64,000 bases of DNA, taken from Azolla caroliniana (lineage: Eukaryota > Plantae > Polypodiophyta). A program made the translations under genes and the position numbers. Positions within the stretch are counted from its first letter, which is position 1. Every line of letters begins with the position of its first letter. The stretch lies in NCBI GenBank assembly GCA_043228905.1, contig JBHGNT010000006.1, positions 10,912,001 to 10,976,000 of the forward strand. The letters are read 5' to 3'. The notes below the pieces were generated by a model. The model worked only from the letters and a program-made list of their open reading frames with translations, was not told the DNA's origin and did no database searches. Shown here piece after piece: positions 1-11,939 of the stretch.

Positions 1-1247
1 GAATTTTGTGTTTTTGATTCTGCTGTAGTTCACTCATTCCAAGCACGTTGTGATCTACAATTTGGCATATTCTTGACTTTTGTAATGTCTCTCTATACTC
101 TTTGTAGTGCCCATATATCTATAGGTTGAAGTTTGCACACCTATCTCCAAGATTGTAGCCTGATAGGAGGTGGTGGATACAACTCCCAATTCTCTTTTGA
201 ATCTCCTCAATCTCATTCCTTGCATTAAGAGAGAGCCTCCCCACACTTCTAGCTAAGGTCAAAGTGGAACTTAGTTCATTAAACAACACAAATAGTTAAA
301 ATAGTTCAAATTTTATAAGAGGAGTTTCTCAAGAATGCCAGTCATTTTCCTTTTATTAGCTACCTGCCTGGATGGTTTCTCAAACAGAAACATAGTTGCT
401 TACCTAAGCAGTGGGGTTTGCTAAAAGGTTCTGCAAAAGCTGAAGCAAATTGCAAAGCATTCCCAAACAAAGCCAATAGGAAAGAAATCGTGATACGAAG
501 AAGTGGACTCTGATATTCTTCTATGATGATACTGTTTAATAAAATACATCCAAGCATTGTATGTCTACCTACACTTGGTTAATCAAATTTCCTGCATCAG
601 CATAGATTTTTTTGTCAAACGCAATTTCCAACTTGAAATGCCAACATAGACCACTTCTAAGACAAGCTAGACTGTTAATCAAAAAATTCTGCAGTCTCTT
701 TCACTCAAAAATTCTGTATCATATGTTACCTAGACGTGTTCATTTCTGCAAAACTAACATCTACGTGGGCAATATTATCCCTTGGAACTATACTAAAAAT
801 TCAATTACTATAATTAGTTCACAGAACATAAAACCAATACTCAATCACAATAATAAAGTTCAGAGGACATAAATCCAACACATAGGACTTGAGCATTAAT
901 ACCATGTGAGTTTGATTAAGAAAATGAATATGTTGGGGCACATCTTTGTTCATAAATTAACAGATGTGCTGAGAGGTCCAAGCACCCATCTTTAATGTTC
1001 TTTGAAAAATCTTCCTCGCACATCACACACCCTGTAGTGCTTCTTTCACTAACACTATACTTAAAATGTAACTTATTCTCAACTCACATGCTTCTACTAA
1101 TCTCAGAGAAAACTCTATATCAACCGATTACCCTGGCATGTGCAAGCAATGGAAATGCATTAGTAAAGGAAAAACCATGCAAACAAATTGTCATCATAAA
1201 AATATAAAGAACGAGTGCCAAAGATGGATGGAAATCTATATCCCCAC

Positions 1248-1610
1248 TTAAGCTGACGCAGCAACTGGTACTTCTTGAGATGGAGGAATCGACACTGTCG
1301 ATGCTTGAGCTACCACTGGCTTTGCCTCAGATGCTTCCGTGGTAGGCAGTGGTGGTGGTGTTGTTGGAGGAGGTTTCATATGAGCTGGTGGGTTATGTTT
1401 CAGCTTCACTAACACTTGCCTCATGCGTGAAAGATCAGTTGCTTTCCCTGGTTTAGGTCCATGGTTGATTACCACAGAAGGTTTCTTCTTATCTTTACCA
1501 CGAGACTTTGATTCCATGGAAGGCAACTCATGAGGCACAAGCTCAGCTACTGCCTTCCAATAATGCTTGTCAGCCGTCGCATGAAAATTGGTCAGATTCT
1601 CTACAAATAC
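1248..1610 (-). CDS. CLC: Clathrin light chain, exon 3 (VFVEN...[12 protein letters not shown]...[25 protein letters not shown]...stop). Spliced protein is about 376 aa.
   Basis: ttttcAG acceptor at 1612-1611, plant CLC C-terminal motifs, TAA stop at 1250-1248. Confidence 0.93.
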   Translation of the reverse strand, partial: VFVENLTNFHATADKHYWKAVAELVPHELPSMESKSRGKDKKKPSVVINHGPKPGKATDLSRMRQVLVKLKHNPPAHMKPPPTTPPPLPTTEASEAKPVVAQASTVSIPPSQEVPVAASA

Positions 1611-1739
1611 CTGAAAATTTTGCAACCAGTCAAAGACAAGCAAATAATGGCTCATCCTAACAATGAAAATCAGCAAATCAAAGCACATGATCTGAAGTCC
1701 ATAATGAATGAAAGCTTATGTATGGCTACAAGACTATAC

Positions 1740-2304
1740 TAGCAATGGGCCCGGTTCGGTTTGGTTTCTTTGCCTTGAAGCTGAACTGAACCAAACCATT
1801 TATATAAAACAAAAACCAAACCAAACCGTTTATGAAGTTTCAAGCCATTAAACCAAACCATTTAAGAAAAGGTAAACCAAACTATTTAAATCAAAACCGT
1901 TTAAGGAATAAGCACATTTTAGCCAAACTAATTAGAAAATTAAATAAATAAAAATACACTAAATTAAATAAGCATTTATGTTTAATTAAATAAATAAATA
2001 TTAATTAAGCCATTAGATTAAATAAACATTTAAGTTAAGTGAATTAAATCAATAGAAAACATTAATTAAACCATTAAATTACATAAACATTTAAGGGATA
2101 AAAAAAGTTAGCCCAAAAACCTATAAACCTTTAAACCAAACCACTTAAACCTATAAACAGATAAACCCCAGTTTCAGAACCAAACCGAACCGTTTATTAA
2201 TAATTAAAACCAAACCAAACCATTTAATTATTTTGGAACTTATAAACCTTAAACCATGGCTTAACGGTTCGGTTCAGTTTGAGCAAAAACTGGGCCGATT
2301 GCTA
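1740..2304. mobile_element. Non-autonomous hAT-type MITE in CLC intron 2
   Basis: TIRs tagcaatgggcccgg / ctgggccgattgcta (13/15 match). 8-bp TSD gactatac / gattatac. Many AAACC subterminal repeats around an AT-rich core. Confidence 0.85.
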
Positions 2305-2513
2305 GATTATACATACAGGGAAAAACTCTGAAATATATCCAACCTTTCCTTTATTTCCCAAAATGTGCCTTGGTTTTTCCTTATTCCCCCAAATTTCCTT
2401 GAAATACCCCCAATTGAACAAAAATATGTGCTCTTTGAGAAATTCTATTGTCACCTCATCACCTTTTCTCATTACTCATGCACTTATATATCAATTCACC
2501 CACTTTTTCTATA

Positions 2514-2705
2514 TATAATTGTTGAACGTGGCATGAGAGTTGATTAGATTTTCTCAAGCTTCAACTTAAATCAGCAAATCATAAGGCACCCATTGACGTG
2601 CACAAACTATAATTGTTGAACGTGGCATGAGAGTTGGTTAGATTTTCTCAAGCGTCAAACTTAAATCAGCAAATCATAAGGCACCCATTGACGTGCACAA
2701 ACTAT
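2514..2705. repeat. About 94-bp tandem duplication in CLC intron 2
   Basis: tataattgttgaacgtggcatgagag...ttgacgtgcacaaac occurs twice, starting at 2514 and 2608. Confidence 0.9.
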
Positions 2706-3236
2706 TGAAGTCCGTGTGCTGCTAAGATTCTATTTATGTAAGTTGAGGACAAAAAACTGTGTGAGTGATTAAGGGGCCACATATCATATAGGCTAGGGAT
2801 GCATTGGTAAGATTTCCAGGGAATAAGGAGCAAGGGTGACAACAAAGATAATCATCCGACATGATGTCCCAAGAAACCAAGAAAAGATGCATGTATCACT
2901 GGGGATCGATTATAAATCTCAACAATAGACAGCAAATGAAGCTCAGAATGTGCTGCTTAGAAGCTATATGCAATATAAGTTAGGGTAGATCATTGTTCAC
3001 AGTGGCATGAAAATTGCTACATTTCCAGGAATAACTCAAGGGCCATGACCAATCAAGATATGCAAATTATAACACACACCATGCGACCTAAACAATCAGT
3101 GATGCATAATTGTAGCTAAGAGCTGTAAATAATAACCCGGGCACAATAATGGAGCAGTACACATAAGAGGATACATTTTTAACCATTCAGATTTCCAATA
3201 TCATGCTATAGAAGGTAGAAAGGCATAAAAAAAAAC

Positions 3237-3390
3237 CTTTTCTTTGTCACGGTTGTTAATCTTATTTGCCTCACAATTCCTTCTTCGCTTCTCATAGAAC
3301 TCATCCTTGAAGGCATCTGCTGCATCGATGATCTGGGAAAGCTTCTCACGCTCTTGTCTAAATTTCTCCTCTAGATGGATAGCATTCTTA
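3237..3390 (-). CDS. CLC: Clathrin light chain, exon 2 (KNAIHLEEKFRQEREKLSQIIDAADAFKDEFYEKRRRNCEANKINNRDKEK)
   Basis: Read manually: tgcAG acceptor at 3392-3391 and GT donor at 3236. The 154 nt keep the frame between exons 1 and 3. Encodes the heavy-chain-binding helical region. Confidence 0.92.
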
Positions 3391-3604
3391 CTGCACTCAA
3401 ACAGCCAAAAGATTGCTTATTCTCTTAAGAAGAGCTACTACGGAAATGGTTATTTAAGTGAGACTTCAACATAATTATTTGAGAAAAAAGCAAGCCTAGA
3501 TTTTCCAATCTTCTTCTACTCTTTATTCATATCGTGCAAGGAAATCACATAGAACATTTTCTAAGGGTCACTGGATCAAGTGATATTCAGTAGAGTATGC
3601 ATAA

Positions 3605-4380
3605 ACTTAATCGGGATGTCTTTACAGCTGTTTTTATTAACTTGATGGAGAGAACTTTCTGCAGTTTCCAGCAAACTTGATCAGGAAATTTTCACTTCAT
3701 TCGGAATTACCTTAATCAAGAGACATTTACTGTAATTTCAAATAGCTTAATCAAGAGACATTTACTGTAATTTCAAATAGCTTAATCCAGAGATCTTTGC
3801 TGCAGTTTATATCAACTTAATCAAGCGATATTACCTCTTGCAGATTCCATTAACTTTTATCAAGAAATTGTTACCTCAGTTGACATTAACTTAGAGCGTA
3901 ATCTTTAGTGCAGATTCTATTGGGAGAAATTTAATTCAAAATCCGTTAGATCTACACTGCTACTTCCAGAAACTGGCCCAATAGATCAGTTTCATTACAT
4001 TAATCAGGATATCTTTGCTGCCAGTTTCCATTAACTTAATCAAGAGATCTTACTGCTGATTACATTAAATCTAAAGACATTAGGCTCTGGAAAAATCTAG
4101 CCTTTGATAAAGAATCCATTTCCTGAGTCTTGAACAGGTCTAATCTGAACAGGAAATCATGGAAAGTGAATGGTTAAGCCTAATCTGCTGCAATGTACCT
4201 AGCCTGAGAATACAAGCCAAAAGGATCGAAGTAACTTTAAACTTAACAAATTCCATTTAAATTTAATCAGGAGATAGTTACTGTAGATTCAATGAGTTTA
4301 ATGAGGAGATATGTAGAAGAGTTTCCATTAAATAAATTGAGAGAACTTCACTGTAGTATTTTGTTCTCTTAATCAGAAGA
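3605..4380. repeat. Diverged ~35-bp minisatellite array in CLC intron 1
   Basis: Unit ttaatcaagagacatttactgtaatttcaaatagc has two identical copies at about 3712-3781 plus many degenerate copies either side. Confidence 0.8.
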
Positions 4381-4629
4381 TTCATAAAGCAGTTTCCAAC
4401 AATCTAAGTCGAAGGACTAGAGATCCAGTTCCTCCGTCCTCATTGAAAACCTAATCTGAGCTAAAACAAAAAGAAACTAGGTAGCTAAACTTAATCGGAA
4501 TCTGAAACCAAGAAATCTAGATGGCTAAAACTTAACAGCTGGAGATGAGAAAACAAATCTATATGAAGGGACTTTAAACGTTCAGAATGAGAGAGGGAAC
4601 AGGACATATATATGTATATATAAGGTTAC

Positions 4630-5243
4630 CGTTTCCATTCACGAAGGATGAATCCTTCTTCAGCTTGCATTTCTTCAGGAGGAGGGAGCACCGATCCATT
4701 GAGAGATCCACCAAGATAGGAAGAGGAAGGAGGATATGGAAATGCACCAGAAGAAGAACCAATTTCACCATCAGCAAAAACTTCACCTGCAGCATAACCT
4801 TTACCATTCGATTCCACAGAGAAGCCATGGGCGGGTGGAGAGAACTCAGGCTGAAATGTGGAATCGAAAGGAGAGGGTGAGTCTCCTCCTCCCGTGCTCA
4901 TATCTTCATCAAAGGGGCTTCTGTAAGGAGGAGGAGCTTCTCCTTCTTCTTCTTCATTATTATTATTATTATGATGATGATCAAAACCAGAACGATCTCC
5001 ATAGCTTTGTTCGTGCAGATCTCTGACTTCTTCTCCTCCGTCTTCTTCCTCTCCTTCAGGAGGTGGATACCGACTGTGGCCGCGACGAGGAGAATTGCGG
5101 TGATCTTCTTCTTCCTCCTCTTCTTCATTAAAGTTCTCGAATCTCTGCGATGGAAGCCGAGGGTCGAAGCCAAGGTAGCCATCGCTGTCGAAAGGGCGAG
5201 AAGCCCCTCCAACGTGAAGATCTTCGGTATCGAAGCTGGCCAT
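4630..5243 (-). CDS. CLC: Clathrin light chain, exon 1 (acidic N-terminal region to ...EEGFILREWKR)
   Basis: ORF MASFDTED...LPPPEEMQAEEGFILREWKR carries the plant CLC motif. GT donor at 4629-4628, phase 2. Confidence 0.93.
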
Positions 5244-5384
5244 GGCTAGGGTTTGAATGTGAGCGTGCCTGTGTCTGTGTGTCTGTGAATCTGTCTCTGT
5301 CTGCTCTCAGATCTGCCTGTCCGTCATTTCATTTTCATTTCAGTTTTGTTTGGATTAGCTCAATTTGTCGATTTGTTGAGAAAA

Positions 5385-5387
<3 letters not shown>

Positions 5388-5417
<30 letters not shown>
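5388..5417. repeat. (GA)n microsatellite just upstream of CLC
   Basis: Direct read of the sequence. Confidence 0.9.
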
Positions 5418-5418
<1 letters not shown>

Positions 5419-5477
5419 CTTTGGGAAAGTTACTAGTTTGAGGGGTTTTTTTAAGCACGCACGATGAATGGGTCCAT

Positions 5478-5600
5478 CCATACGATACCCATACCCATAC
5501 CCATATCCATACCCATACCCATACCCATACGGTATACCCATACACAAGGTAGTAGCATGTACAACATATATACACGTATATCCATACCCATACGGTATGG
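5478..5600. repeat. (TACCCA)n repeat cluster upstream of CLC, possibly subterminal repeats of a decayed DNA transposon
   Basis: About 12 TACCCA/TATCCA units. No TIR or TSD could be resolved. Confidence 0.7.
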
Positions 5601-7389
5601 TATATCTATTTGCACCCCAGATCATAATGAGGCCTGGCGAGCGAATTGCGTCCATGGGCGGTACGCGCCGAGGGCGCGTGCAATATGCACGGTCAGATCA
5701 TTATCCAAAAAAATGGTTTGTATCCATTGGATAATTTCTGAATATACTTGCATGATTTCTGAATATACTTGCACTATTATAGAGTGTAATTCCAAATTTT
5801 TCATAATCTAGTATTAGGGTTTGGATTCTTGTGGTTTTTGAATATCATAATTATTTTTATTCTAACTTGCTTGTTGTTCTTAATCCCTAGAACGCACAGT
5901 TAGATACCCAATCCCTGAGTACCCCTTATACAAAGGTTCGTGGTCGAAGAGATGGATTAACTCGGGCCGCAATTAACAAATACTATGAGCCAGATTGTCT
6001 TAGGAATAACTAGCCAGATGGGCTCAATCTGCTATAGAAACACAAAGGAATTCAACCACAGCCGAATCAAGTAAACCACCGATCAGCTCATAATTAACAC
6101 ATTACTTAACAGAATTCAATATAGATATAACAATAAACACAATGGCATTGTATACACAAAACACTTCTATATTAACTCTCAATACATAGCCCCCTTTATG
6201 TACATAGTTCATGCCCCTTTCATAGGTAAGCATGTAAGTTTACAATGCCGAATCGAATCGACACATCCTTTAAGATCATATCTCTAACATTAAGGGTTAT
6301 AACTATTCTTATCTACATCTCTTCATATGATACCATGTAAAGAATGTGTGCAGAAGCTAAGATAGAACACAACCGGCTCAGTAGGACAACAATAGAGAAA
6401 AAATGGAGATACACAGAACGCAGGAGAGACAGAGAGAGCAAAGGACTCCAAAAGCTTCAATTCAAAAATATGCTCTCTGTACATATGATTGTGCTCAGTG
6501 AGCACTTTTATATAAGTCATCAAAGGACGGGCATAAGTACTGACAAGTACTTCAATGCTCATAAATGAGCTATTGACACTAACTCCTAAAGTTATTCCTA
6601 CCGACTAAACTAGGAGCGTAGGCCTCTAACAGTGCAATAACCAAGATCATTAATCCTAAAATAAAGACATAAATGACACAATCATACTGAAAATACGCAT
6701 TACCACCCATCCGCCCCCGCGCTAGAGTCGACAACGCAAGCGAGGAATCTCGATCTGTCCCATTCTAGCCAGGAACTCCGTGTCAGGACCTTGGTAGACA
6801 ACTAGTCCACATTAAAGAGAACTTCGTCAGAACCACTCACGGGGCTCCCCCTGACTAAGGAGAGTATGCCCTATTTATAGGACCTAGGCCATGTAATGAC
6901 ATCTACCTGACCAATCATGTGTGGGGTACCCAATGACACACATTAGATCAGTCCAATAAAGCCGACGACTCAGATATTACAGTATGATAGCCCCCAAATA
7001 AGCACGTCTAAACCAATGAACTTTACATACTCCCCCCCTTTGTTTAATTGCACTCTTGCAATGGGAAGTTAGGAAAATGTTTGCGTAATGTCTCTTCAGT
7101 TTCCCATGTGCTGTCTTCTTCCAATCTATCCTTCCACTTAACCTTATAGCGATGAACAACCTTTGACCTTAGGTTTCTCGACCTATGATCAATGATTTTC
7201 TCAGGTTCATATGGAGCAAAATGATCATCCTCCAATGTCGTTAAATTAGACGGTGATACAACATTATCATCATAACCAATCGCCTCCTTTAATCAACTCA
7301 CGTGGAATATGGGATGAACCATAACGTTGGAAGGCAAATCCAAACGATAAGCATTGGGACCTATACATTTTAAAATTTTATATGGTCCA

Positions 7390-10300
7390 TGTTAAGAATT
7401 ATGTAAGTAATTAAACAAGGGTTAATTAGTACCTAATTATGTGATTAGTTGATCAGCGCAGAAGATTAAGTGATATGTGTGTGAGAGGAAGAGAGAGACA
7501 GACAGAGACAGAGAGATACACTTATGAACAACACAAGGTGGGGATGAGTAAGTATATTAAATTAGCATTATCATCATCAAATACAAAAATACCTACAATG
7601 AGGTATATATAGATCTCATGTGCAAGGGTGCACATGTGTGAGGAGAATATAGGTACAACCGTGTAAGTCCTATATTAAATGACCTTGGGAGTGGAGGATC
7701 TAGAATATCCTACTTAAGTACAAGGTCCTATTTAAGTCGTTATAGTCAACATTTCTAACTCGATTCTATCTAGGTAACTACGAAGTTACATGTTTGACTA
7801 ACTAACTAAACTAAGTTGAGCTTGATCTCTCAACACACCCCCTCAAGCTCAAGTACGTGGCATCTGATGTCCGCTTTGGCTTTCGACGTTTGGATCTTCA
7901 ATTCGGTTGAATTGGCTTTGGCTTTGGATGACCAGTATTGTTTCTTTCGGCGTCGACGTTTTTATGGCAGTTTCGGTTCCTCCCTCTCAACCCGGTGACG
8001 AAGGCTTGTAGTGTCTGTGTGAAGGTTGACTACTTCCACCCATCGTGGGTTACGAGCCGCTTCGGTGGAGCTTTTGGGCTCTTCTTCGGCCGCTACCTTC
8101 ATCGCAAAGGCATAGTGATGGGCCATGTACTCGTTGTAGCCGTGCCGAGTGACAGGGTTCTTAGCTCTAGATGAGCATCGAAGTTTTTCACTCGCCGATG
8201 TGAGCGCCTTCTTTACTCCGGGTGTCCGCATGATGGGTACACCGAACTCACTGTCTAGTGAGGGAGCTAACACATCCGAATCACGGTCGTCGGGGTGATC
8301 GACTTCGTATTCGGGCATCTTACCTTTGCCTTTGTCCAAGTTTGTACTTGGCCGCGACGTGCTTGGGTCGCGTGGGGGCTCTTGTGGCCCATTAGGCCTT
8401 GCCATAATCAGACTTTCTTCGAACATGTGTTTGAAGCAATCTCCATCTTCTACCTCTTGTTCGGCGGATTCCGGGTCGAGCGGAGTCGGAGTCGAAGTTG
8501 TCTCTAGTGCGTACCAGGATGCGGACTCGTCGAAGACTACATCTCGACTTACCTGAACCGCTCAGGTAGAATGGTTGTAGCACTTATATGCCTTCTTCTT
8601 GGACGTGTTATATGTTTTAGGGCTAGGGTTAAGGAAGATGATAATCATGATAAAGATAGACATGGTGGTTATGATGATGATGGAGAGTATGGAATTGATG
8701 GCGAGAGAGATCATGTGCATTGAGAAGCATTGCGGGGTGGGGGGTGGTGCCTAGAATGGCTCCACCCCCCTCCCAAGGGGGTTCAACGTTAAGGGGAGGG
8801 AAGAGAGAGAGAGAGAGATGAAAAGAGAGATAGATAGAGAGAAATGATTCATCCTTCATTCATTCCCCATAAGGGGGTTAAATAGTACAAGAGGGGGTAG
8901 ATACAAAGGGGTGTAAGCCCCATAGAGCATTCATACTGGACACTCACTCACACCTCATCGTATCCCTCCACATGCACACACGTGTGCATGTGTTCACATA
9001 CATATCAACTCACAATTACATTTATGTTCCCTACACATATACAACATCATCATGATAATATTCGACCCTCGCTCATCACACTTGACTCTCCATACAACTC
9101 GTACGGGGTAACAGGACGAGTATCCTATGAGGATACATTCCTCCGACTTCGCGTCGGGCTTATGTCGTTCGTTCAGGATGCGTACATTCGCAATGCTTCT
9201 GAACACCTTGAGGTGCAACATGATCGGCTTCCTTTTGACAAGGAGCTCGTATGGAGTTAGCTCATGCACTCGATTAGTGGTGCACTGGTTCATGACATAG
9301 ACGGTCGTAGATGCTGCTTCGGCCCAATAGAAATTCGGCATGTGCTTCTCATGCATCATGGCGCGCGCTACCTCAAGTATTTGCCGATTCTTCCTTTCGG
9401 CGACTCCATTTTGTTGGGGTGTGTGTCAGCATGAGAATTCTCTACGAATGACTTCACTTTGGAGGTAGGAGGTGAATTCATCAGAGAAGTACTCCTTGCC
9501 TCCATCCGATCGTAGGCATCGAATGTGCCGACTGATTTCTTTTTCGACTTGGGCCTTGAGCTTTTGGAAGTAGGAGAGCACTTCGCTTTTCTTCTTCATC
9601 GGGTAGATCCACGTGTAGCGCAAGTAGTTGTCGATCAAGGTTACGTAGTATCGGCATCTGCTGATCGTCAGCGTTTGAGCCGGTCCCCATACATCCAAGT
9701 GTATGATGTTGAGGAGGCCTTTGCTTGTGGAGCTCTCCTTTGGGAATGGGAGCCGATGTTGTTTGCCGAGTTGACACGCTTCGCATACTCAGTTGACTCG
9801 TTTCGACTCGAATGTCGGAAGTCTGATGACGACTCCCTTGGTTTGCATTGCTTGAAACCGTTGGAGGTTTATGTGGCCGATTCTCTTGTGCCACAACTCG
9901 ATGCTTGTCTCGGTTTTCAGACCTTTAGCGTACATTGCCGATTTCACCTCGTTCGAATCGAGGATGCACATTCGACCATCTCTCCGCCCCTTTGCTATGA
10001 GTCAACCATCTTTCTCGATGAAACAACCTTTGTTGTTGAAGCGGACTTCTATTCCTTGCTCCACGATTTGGCCTACCGAGACCAAATTCTTCGTTATCGT
10101 GGGCACATGCAAGACTTTCTTGATGCAATTGTTCTTGCCACCGTTGCCAAATGGAATGTTGCCGATGTGCCGAATGGGATGCATGGTGTCGTCTCCCGTC
10201 TCTATGTAGCCGTGTTGATCCGGTGTACGCAGTCATTGAACCACTCCTTGTGGGATGTCATGTGATGTGAGGCGCTGGAATCGACGAACCACACGTCTTC

Positions 10301-11578
10301 CAAATTGGAGGTGCTTGCAGAGTTGGAGGCCGTCATAGAGTTCGCTCTATGCCTCATTACGAACATTCCGCCACGGTCGCCGTAGTCGGAATTTGGGGCG
10401 TAATTCGTGAACATTCCTCTACGATTGTCGTAGTTGGAGTTCGATGCGTAGTTTGTGAGTTGTCGACTTGTTGAAGCCGACTCACTTCTCTTTTTCCGAC
10501 ACTCCCCCTCGTAGTGGGTGACTTTGCCGCAATAATTGCAAGTTGCGGGCCTCGTTTGCCGGCCATGCTCAGTGTGAAAGCTCCCCCTTCTTCCAAAGGT
10601 TCCTTGATGGCTTCCGTGAAGGTTTGAGTTCCCTTTGTGTGATGGGTCGAATTGACCTCTTCTACCGCCGTGACCTCCTCCTCGGCCACCATCCGAATTC
10701 GAGAAGAACATTTGTCCGTCTGACGTCTTGCTTTTGGTCCGGACGTGGTTCTCTTAGACCAATAACATTGATTGGAGGTCGAAGAATGGAGGGTTTTCTC
10801 TCGCCAAGATTGCCATCTGAAATGGATCGAATCGTTGTGCGAGGCCGCCTAAGCATACTTGAACCATCTCGTCTTCATCGACATTTCTGTTGATGGAGCC
10901 AAGTGAGTCACAAATGCTCTTGATCGTGGCGGTGTAGTCCGACACGAACATGTCTTTTTGTCGAATGTTATTAAACTCTTGTCGGAGTTGAAGCTTTTGG
11001 GCGGTTGTGTTGGCAGGGAACATTTTCTTTAAGTTCGCCCACGCCTCTTTGGGCGTATTGGCGTCTTGAATGTGGCTTAGCATGTGGTCGTGGACACATG
11101 TTGCCAAGCAATACATGACTCGACTAGCCGCTTGCTCCCATGTTGTGTAGTCGGCGTTCTTTGAGTCGGGTTGATTTTCTTGAACACCTTTGATGTAGCT
11201 CCAATACCCTTGGCCGATGAGCTATTGGGTCATCTTGTACTCCCAAGATGAATAATTGCTCCGGTCTAGCTTTTCACTAGGGAGCGAGCTACCCATTTGT
11301 GTGTTCATGTTGATTGTGTCTTCTCTTCTTTTGCTTTTCTTCCTTCGATCACGTACACATACACGTGCTACGTAGCGGCACTACAGTAGCCGATTACCGG
11401 ATTTTGTCGTCGGCGTCTCGAACACACAATCACGGAGTCGGGTGGGCTTAGTGGATTTTCTAAACCACACGCTTTGATACCATGTTAAGAATTATGTAAG
11501 TAATTAAACAAGGGTTAATTAGTACCTAATTATGTGATTAGTTAATAAGCGCAAAAGATTAAGTGATATGTGTGTGTA

Positions 11579-11624
<46 letters not shown>

Positions 11625-11939
11625 TTATGAACAACACAAGATGGGGGAGGAGTAAGTATATTAAATTAGCATTATTATCATCAAATACAAAAATACCTAC
11701 AATGAGGTATATATAGATCTCATTTGCAAGGGTGCACATGTGTGAGGAGAATATAGGTACAACTGTGTAAGTCCTATATTAAATGACCTTGGGAGTGGAG
11801 GATCTAGAATATCTTACTTAAGTACAAGGTCCTATTTAAGTCATTATAGTCAACATTTCTAACTAGATTCTATCTAGGTAACTACGAAGTTACATGTTTG
11901 ACTAACTAACTAAACTAAGTTGAGCTTGATCTCTCAACA
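7390..11939 (-). mobile_element. Ty1/Copia element 1 with both LTRs (7390-7835, 11483-11939) and gag-PR-INT; RT/RNase H deleted
   Basis: TG..CA LTR pair, 5-bp TSD gtcca, tRNA-iMet PBS tggtatcaaagc (11471-11482), PPT at 7836-7846. Zinc knuckle CNYCGKVTH, protease WFVDSSAS, integrase DVWGP / RSDGGKEY. Confidence 0.93.
8606..9113 (-). mobile_element. Solo LTR inserted in Copia 1
   Basis: tgtta...taaca termini and 5-bp TSD ggacg. Homologous in reverse complement to 17507-17911. Confidence 0.9.

Noticed and set aside
1611-1688. N-terminal part of the 146-aa ORF (MCFDLLIF...)
   Set aside because: It is intronic. CLC homology starts at the AG acceptor at 1611.
3605-4380. CRISPR-like periodicity
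   Set aside because: This is a eukaryotic intron. The units are contiguous diverged tandem copies with no unique spacers and no cas genes.
5335-5811. ORFs with YPYPYP / GYGYGY / IPIPIP repeats
   Set aside because: They are translations of the TACCCA hexamer repeat in all frames, with no gene structure.
5812-6290. Possible additional solo LTR upstream of CLC
   Set aside because: It has LTR-like composition and a taaca end, but no convincing TG start or TSD.
9525-10265. 246-aa plus-strand ORF and other antisense ORFs over TE coding regions (e.g. 30293-30928, 39005-39703, 60814-61464)
   Set aside because: They are shadow frames opposite gag/pol and are not conserved as ORFs between copies.
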